A stretch of DNA of 64,000 bases from Actinomycetota bacterium (GTDB taxonomy: Bacteria > Actinomycetota > CADDZG01 > WHSQ01): positions 16,083 to 80,082 of the forward strand of contig JAXDJJ010000035.1 in assembly GCA_034665745.1 (NCBI GenBank), given 5' to 3'. A model generated the notes under the pieces. The model had not been told where the DNA came from and searched no databases. It saw nothing but the letters and a program-made list of their open reading frames with translations. Shown here piece by piece: positions 58,564 to 64,000 of the stretch; within the stretch, counting starts at the first letter, position 1; each line of letters starts with the position of its first letter. A program made the position numbers and the translations under genes.

Positions 58564-59506
58564 CGATATCCACCTCACCAGGGTGATCCACGAAGGTGCC
58601 AACGAAGCGGATCTCCGGGATCAGGTCCACGCCGTGGGCCGACTGGACCCTCCGACGGACCTCGGCGACTAGGTCGTAAACGTCTTGAGCCGTGGACCCA
58701 TCACCGGCTATGAAGAAGTTCGCGTGGAGCTCCGAGACGCGTGCGCCTCCGACGGAAAACCCCTTCAGCCCGGCAGCTTCGACCAGCCGGCCTGCGTGAT
58801 CGCCCGGGGGATTCCGGAACACGCTTCCTGCGTTCTGGACGGCTCCGGGCTGAGTGTCGGCCCGGTGTTTGCGGTACGCCTCCATGTGGGCTTTGACCTC
58901 TGCCGGATCGGCAGGGTCGAGGGAGAAGGTTCCCGACAGCACGAGATCGGTGTCGGAGAGGTTCGAGTGGCGGTAGGAAAACATCAATTCACCAACATCT
59001 CGGTGATCGAGGGACCCCGAGGCGAGATCGAAGATGGTGGCGCTACGCAAACAGTCCTTGATCTCCCTGCCGTGGGCACCGGCGTTCATGCGCACCGCTC
59101 CCCCTACCGATCCCGGGATGGCGATCAGGAACTCAGCGCCCTCGAGCCCTCTCCGGGCAGCCCAGTTGGCCAACAAAGGCAGAGCGGTGCCACCTCCGGC
59201 CCGGGCGCCACCGTCGGCCCCCTCGACGTAGGAGAAGGCCGCTCCGAGCCGTACCGCGATGCCGGGCCATCCCTCGTCCGAGATCACCAGGTTGGAGCCT
59301 CTGCCGACCGCGAGGACCGGGGGCCGATCGTCGGCCGATGCGAGGACCTTGCCCATCGCCACGAGATCGTCTTCGGTAGCCGGCTCGACGTAGATCGCAG
59401 CCGGGCCTCCCAGGCGATAGGTCGTGAAACGGGCCAAGGGTTCGTCACGCGTCACCTTGCACGAGAGCTCTCGTTCGAGGGACAACGCAAGGGCATCGAT
59501 GCTCAT
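58556..59506 (-). CDS. murB: UDP-N-acetylenolpyruvoylglucosamine reductase
   Basis: FAD-binding N-terminal domain (TTYRLGGPA, GRGSNL) and GAGSVFRNP. Confidence 0.94.
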   Translation of the reverse strand: MSIDALALSLERELSCKVTRDEPLARFTTYRLGGPAAIYVEPATEDDLVAMGKVLASADDRPPVLAVGRGSNLVISDEGWPGIAVRLGAAFSYVEGADGGARAGGGTALPLLANWAARRGLEGAEFLIAIPGSVGGAVRMNAGAHGREIKDCLRSATIFDLASGSLDHRDVGELMFSYRHSNLSDTDLVLSGTFSLDPADPAEVKAHMEAYRKHRADTQPGAVQNAGSVFRNPPGDHAGRLVEAAGLKGFSVGGARVSELHANFFIAGDGSTAQDVYDLVAEVRRRVQSAHGVDLIPEIRFVGTFVDHPGEVDIDE

Positions 59507-60873
59507 GACTGTGCGTCCAGCACCTGAAGGAATTCCTCGCCCAGCGAGGTGACATCACCCGCACCAAGCGTCAGGACGAGGTCACCATCTCGTGCGGTGG
59601 TTCGCAGATACGCGATGACGTCCGATCGGTGTGGGAGGAATGCAACCCCGCGACCCGGGACGGTCGAGCACACCGCGTCCGATACGAGCTTGCCCGAGAC
59701 GCCGGGCACAGGTTCCTCGCCCGCGCCGTAGATGTCAGTAACGATGATCCGATCGGCATCCGCGAACGCAGCCCCGAATTCGCGGTGAAGAGCGGCCGTG
59801 CGTGAATAGCGGTGGGGTTGGAACACGGCGATCACTCTGTCCCAGGGACCGCTCTGGGCGGCCTTCAAGGTCGCTCGCACTTCGGTCGGGTGATGGGCAT
59901 AGTCGTCGATCACAGTCACTCCAGCGACCTCTCCTTTGAGGTCGAACCTGCGCTCGACGCCGCGGAAAGAACCGAGACCGGAAACGATGAGGTCGAGCTC
60001 GACGCCACAGGTGAGAGCGGCTCCGATCGCGGCCAAGGCATTCGCGATGTTGTGCTCACCAAGGGCCTGCAACCTGACCTCTCGGGTGCCTGCGGGGGTG
60101 GCGACGGTGAACAACGTCTCACGACCCACCGTGCGGGCGTGCGTAGACACGAGGTCCCCCTCGCCCCCGAACGTTAGGACCGTGCGCCCGGTAGACCTGG
60201 CCCCCTCCTCGATCGATCCACCGGCCGGAACGACCAGAGCACCTTCCTGATGCGTTGCATCCATGAAGTCTTGGAAAGCCGCAGTGAGCTCGTCCATGGA
60301 GCCCCAGTGGTCCACGTGATCCATCTCGATGTTCGTGACCACGGCAACGTGCGGATGCAACAAGAGGAAGGAACCATCACTCTCATCGGATTCGGCCACC
60401 GAAAGATCGCCCGACCCGGACAGCGCGTTCGTTCCCGAATCGTTCAGTCCACCTCCAACCAAGAAGGTGGGATCGAGCCCGGCGGTCCGAAATATCGAAA
60501 CGATCATCGAGGTTGTCGTTGTCTTCCCGTGGGTGCCCGCGACGATCACGGATCGACTTCCTTCGAGAAGCTCAGCGAGGGCTTCCCCACGCGTCAGCAC
60601 CTTGATGCCCGACCTGCGTGCGCGTTCAAGCTCTGGGTTCGATTCTGGGATCGCTGCCGACATCACTACGAGGTCCGCTCCCTCGACATTGTCTCCGTCG
60701 TGACCAACCCGAACATCGGCTCCGAGAGCGGCTAGAACCGTCATCGCGCGAGAGCCTTTGAGGTCCGATCCGGAGACGGGGATCTTTCGCTCCAGCAGGA
60801 CCTTTGCGATCGCGGACATGCCCGCGCCACCGATGCCGATGAAGTGCACCCGAGTCGCCGTCTCGAAACTCAT
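59503..60873 (-). CDS. murC: UDP-N-acetylmuramate--L-alanine ligase
   Basis: HFIGIGGAGMSAIA, GTHGKTTTTSM, DDYAHHPTE. Confidence 0.96.
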   Translation of the reverse strand: MSFETATRVHFIGIGGAGMSAIAKVLLERKIPVSGSDLKGSRAMTVLAALGADVRVGHDGDNVEGADLVVMSAAIPESNPELERARRSGIKVLTRGEALAELLEGSRSVIVAGTHGKTTTTSMIVSIFRTAGLDPTFLVGGGLNDSGTNALSGSGDLSVAESDESDGSFLLLHPHVAVVTNIEMDHVDHWGSMDELTAAFQDFMDATHQEGALVVPAGGSIEEGARSTGRTVLTFGGEGDLVSTHARTVGRETLFTVATPAGTREVRLQALGEHNIANALAAIGAALTCGVELDLIVSGLGSFRGVERRFDLKGEVAGVTVIDDYAHHPTEVRATLKAAQSGPWDRVIAVFQPHRYSRTAALHREFGAAFADADRIIVTDIYGAGEEPVPGVSGKLVSDAVCSTVPGRGVAFLPHRSDVIAYLRTTARDGDLVLTLGAGDVTSLGEEFLQVLDAQS

Positions 60874-61946
60874 CCGGCGCTGCTCACGAGTTCCGCGAGC
60901 CGCTCAGCCGCGTCTGGTTTCCCTAACCGTTTCGCGGCTGCCGCCATCGTTTCCAGTTGCCCCCCGGCGAGCATGCTTTCGACGAGCTCACCCAAACCTT
61001 CCGGGGTCGCATCTGCATCGGCAAGAACGCGCGCGGCTCCCGCTCGTTCGAGGATCTCCGCGTGTCGCAGTTGTTGTTGATCGCGATGGTGAGGATAAGG
61101 AACGATCACCGACGGAAGCCCAACCACGCTTAGCTCTGCCACCGTCGTCGCTCCCCCGCGACATATCGCCACATCGGCGACCGCGTAGACCTCGGCCATC
61201 GCGTCCGTGTACTCGATCGCGCGGTAGCCAACGCCCAGATCGACCTCGCCCTCGGCCTTGCTCGCAGGTGACCTGCCTGAGATGTGGAGTACCTGGATGT
61301 CGGAACGAGAGCGCCACCGCTGTGCCAGCGCGGGCGCAGCGCGGTTCAGTGTCCGCGCTCCCAGGCTCCCGCCGAACACCAGAACGGTCTTCCGGGCGGG
61401 GTCTAGGTCGAAGCGCACGTACCCAGCGGCCCGGCTCGCTGTTCTATCGAGCTCGACGATCTCTGGGGCGACTGGGTTCCCCGTGAACACTCCGCGAGCC
61501 CCCACATCGTCAAGGGTCTCTTCGAACGACACTCCGATATGGCGAGCGAACGGCTTGCTGACCTTGTTCGCAAGACCGAGCACGATGTTCTGCTCGTGTA
61601 GCACCACGGGGATAGACCGACTGCGTGCGGCGACACAGACAGGCAGGCTGACATAGCCACCCATCCCAAGGACGACATCGGCACCGCGCGACCGAAGCAC
61701 CCGGCGGGCCGCTCCGATAGCGCGGAGGGCTTTGACACCCACACCAGGCAGGCCAAGGGGACGAGCTCTGTCGAATCCAGCGATGTCTAACGTGTCGAGC
61801 GCGAACCCACTATCCGGCACCACCGTCGCCTCGAGCCCGGTGGCGGTACCGATGAAAGTCACCGAATGCTCGGCGAGGGAGCGCGCAACGGCAACGGCGG
61901 GATTCACATGCCCTGCGGTTCCTCCGGCAGCGATCACGATGTTCAT
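60870..61946 (-). CDS. murG: Undecaprenyl-PP-MurNAc-pentapeptide GlcNAc transferase
   Basis: MNIVIAAGGTAGHVNPAVAVA, FGGSLGA, CRGGATTVAEL. ATGA overlap with the ftsW stop. The longer ORF-track N-terminus is an out-of-frame shadow of ftsW. Confidence 0.95.
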   Translation of the reverse strand: MNIVIAAGGTAGHVNPAVAVARSLAEHSVTFIGTATGLEATVVPDSGFALDTLDIAGFDRARPLGLPGVGVKALRAIGAARRVLRSRGADVVLGMGGYVSLPVCVAARSRSIPVVLHEQNIVLGLANKVSKPFARHIGVSFEETLDDVGARGVFTGNPVAPEIVELDRTASRAAGYVRFDLDPARKTVLVFGGSLGARTLNRAAPALAQRWRSRSDIQVLHISGRSPASKAEGEVDLGVGYRAIEYTDAMAEVYAVADVAICRGGATTVAELSVVGLPSVIVPYPHHRDQQQLRHAEILERAGAARVLADADATPEGLGELVESMLAGGQLETMAAAAKRLGKPDAAERLAELVSSAG

Positions 61947-63136
61947 CGCGCGCTGCTCGACACCTGTGCCTTCTGCCGTCCGACCGAAGCACGAAGTCTC
62001 TTCGCTTTCCCGGCGCGCCCGATGTTCGTAAGGATGCCCATGGCGGCCAACGTGATGACCAGAGATGATCCGCCGAACGAAACCAGAGGCAGTGGCACCC
62101 CAGTGATGGGCAATGAAGCTGTAACCGCGCCCATGTTGACCAACGCTTGCGTTGCGATCCAGATCGTGATCCCTGATGCGATCAACATGCCGAACCGGTC
62201 GGGAGCGCTGCGCGCGATGCGCACGCCCAGATAAGTAACGAACGCGAACATGCCGAGCACAGCCAATGTGCCGAGCAAGCCCATCTCTTCGCCCAGGATC
62301 GCGTAGATGAAGTCTGTGTGAGCGTTGGGCACATACATCCACTTCTGCCTGCTTGCGCCGAGTCCGACACCGAACCATCCACCCGAACCGAGAGCGATCA
62401 GTGACTGGATCGTGTGGTACCCCGTATCCAGAGGGTCCTTCCATGGGTCCATGAAGGCCAGCAAGCGCACCCGGCGGTACGGAGAGGCAAGACCGGCTCC
62501 GACCGCAAGAGCGATGCCCCCAAGGCCCATAGGGATCAGATGACGTAACGGGGCCCCGGCGACGAACAAGAGACCGAACCCGATGACGCCGAGAAGGACC
62601 GTCGTCCCGAGGTCCGGCTGCAACATGACCAACAACGCAAGTACTCCCATCACGGGAAGCATCGGCAGAGCAGTGTGCGAGAACTCGCGGAAGCTCTTTT
62701 CCTCTTTGCGCGAGAACACGTCGGCCGCGAACAGGATCAGCGCAAGCTTGGCGATCTCGGAGGGTTGGATCACGAATGAACCAACCCCGATCCACCGCGA
62801 GCTTCCGCCTACCGTTACGCCGACACCTGGGATTAGCACCGCGACGAGCATGACCAGGACCGCGGCGAAGGATAGATAGCCAAGCCCCTTCATCCTGCGG
62901 TAGTCGAAGCGAGCGAAGAAGAGATAACCGACGACCCCGATGACCGTCCACAGGATCTGTCGCTGGAAGAAGAGGAACGACGAGCCGTAGTTCGCATAAG
63001 CCGACACGGAGCTTGCCGAAAGCACCATCATGAGCCCCGTCACGACGAGGGCTCCTACGGTGATCGATAGCAGCACGGACGGGTGGTTCGCCGCTGCCGA
63101 TACAGATGGAGAACGTCGAGCGACCTGTGTAGCCAT
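61943..63136 (-). CDS. ftsW: SEDS-family peptidoglycan polymerase FtsW
   Basis: About 10 TM segments. IQPSEIAKL, PDLGT, TDFIYAILGEEMG, PITGVPLPLVSFGGSS. ATG 63136 overlaps the murD stop by 1 nt. Confidence 0.94.
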   Translation of the reverse strand: MATQVARRSPSVSAAANHPSVLLSITVGALVVTGLMMVLSASSVSAYANYGSSFLFFQRQILWTVIGVVGYLFFARFDYRRMKGLGYLSFAAVLVMLVAVLIPGVGVTVGGSSRWIGVGSFVIQPSEIAKLALILFAADVFSRKEEKSFREFSHTALPMLPVMGVLALLVMLQPDLGTTVLLGVIGFGLLFVAGAPLRHLIPMGLGGIALAVGAGLASPYRRVRLLAFMDPWKDPLDTGYHTIQSLIALGSGGWFGVGLGASRQKWMYVPNAHTDFIYAILGEEMGLLGTLAVLGMFAFVTYLGVRIARSAPDRFGMLIASGITIWIATQALVNMGAVTASLPITGVPLPLVSFGGSSLVITLAAMGILTNIGRAGKAKRLRASVGRQKAQVSSSAR

Positions 63137-64000
63137 CAGACGCTCCCTCCCCTCAGATCGCGCACCGACCGAGCGAAGTCGTCGCCCCGCTCGGAGTAGC
63201 TCTCGTACATGTCCAGGCTCGCACACCCAGGCGCCAGCAAGACGGATCCTCCGGCTACGGATCTGGCGCGCGCTGCCCGTACCGCTTCGTCCATAGAGCT
63301 TGCTCTGTCCACGGGAACGAGGTCTTCGAACACGCGCACGACTTCGTCCTGGGCCTCGCCGATGGCGACAACCGCGATCACGGGCGGGACGGTTCCCTTT
63401 AGGGAGGTGAGGTCTATGCCCTTGCTCCGACCACCTGCGATCAACACGACATCCGTGAGGCCCGCAACCGCGGCCAGGGCCGCGTGTGGGTTCGTTGCTT
63501 TCGAGTCATCTATGTAGGCGACCTCGTCCCACTCGGTGACGAGTTCGAGGCGGTGGTGGAGTGGAACGAATCCATCGATGGCATGTTTCACGTCCCCTAG
63601 ATCGAGCCCGTAGGACAGGGCTGCAGCGGTTGCCGCGAGGGTGTCCTCCAGTCCGGCGCGACCAGGGAGTCGTATCTCAGCGACGTTCATGAGAGAGGTC
63701 CCCTGCCACATCACTGTGGGGCCCTCTATCCCGATCCCTGTGGTTGGAGCAGTGATGGTCGAGAAGGGAACGACCTTCGAGGTAGCAAGTTCCGCGACTT
63801 TCCATGCTCTTTCGTCATCTGCATTCACTACGAAGAAGTCGTCACCGGTTTGGTTCTCGACTATGCGCGCCTTTGCTTCCGCATACGCGTCGATCGACCC
63901 GTGCCAGTCGGTGTGGTCCTCCGCGATATTCAACAGAACCGCCACGCGTGGGCGGAACGACTCGATCCCCGCAAGCTGGAAGCTGGAGACCTCGAGAGCG
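63136..64000 (-). CDS. murD: UDP-N-acetylmuramoylalanine--D-glutamate ligase (3' part; N-terminus beyond the window)
   Basis: LNIAEDHTDWHGS, DDSKATNPHA, LIAGGRSKG. The frame stays open to the window edge. Confidence 0.92.
   Translation of the reverse strand, partial: ALEVSSFQLAGIESFRPRVAVLLNIAEDHTDWHGSIDAYAEAKARIVENQTGDDFFVVNADDERAWKVAELATSKVVPFSTITAPTTGIGIEGPTVMWQGTSLMNVAEIRLPGRAGLEDTLAATAAALSYGLDLGDVKHAIDGFVPLHHRLELVTEWDEVAYIDDSKATNPHAALAAVAGLTDVVLIAGGRSKGIDLTSLKGTVPPVIAVVAIGEAQDEVVRVFEDLVPVDRASSMDEAVRAARARSVAGGSVLLAPGCASLDMYESYSERGDDFARSVRDLRGGSV

Noticed and set aside
61947-62951. N-terminal 335 aa of the 693-aa ORF 60870..62951.
   Set aside because: It is an out-of-frame shadow of ftsW (Arg/His-rich). 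The murG homology begins at MNIVIAAGGTAGH (ATG 61946), with an ATGA overlap to the ftsW stop.

Overview
High-GC, very compact chromosomal core segment with actinobacterial gene order (from memory it resembles Streptomyces and Mycobacterium; phylum assignment is inference). Coding runs almost wall to wall. In window order: two GAF sensor kinases flanking uvrB; HAD-coaE-rpsA; a hydrolase-like/adenylate cyclase fusion; polA; a DtxR-family regulator beside an FTR1 iron permease; gltB; a uracil-DNA glycosylase; a secreted metalloprotease; a polar amino-acid ABC system; a Liv-type ABC system with two tandem binding proteins; an ANTAR response regulator; tRNA-Leu(CAA); trpABC-trpE; hisI and hisFAHBCD; dnaE; rluD-lspA and a DksA-like gene; ileS; then divIVA-yggT-sepF-yggS-pgeF-ftsZ-ftsQ-murB-murC-murG-ftsW-murD. 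I found no transposase, integrase, CRISPR array, toxin-antitoxin or recognisable defence genes, and I cannot honestly point to a novel multi-gene system. The observations most worth checking are small-scale. (1) lspA has no canonical start codon upstream of its first transmembrane helix; the only candidate is an ATC overlapping the upstream stop. (2) A textbook intrinsic terminator sits 20 nt upstream of gltB, suggesting an attenuator or small RNA. (3) A GTTAGGT-N2-ACCTAAC palindrome lies upstream of the FTR1 permease, next to a DtxR-like regulator with Mn-type ligand substitutions. (4) Two 33-bp direct repeats lie upstream of rpsA. (5) Several unusual architectures occur: a cyclase fused to an alpha/beta-hydrolase fold lacking its Ser nucleophile, a DksA-like protein with a Lys/Ala-rich tail, and S1 with a roughly 195-aa acidic tail. 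Start codons were re-picked by hand where RBS or overlap logic allowed. No similarity searches were run.
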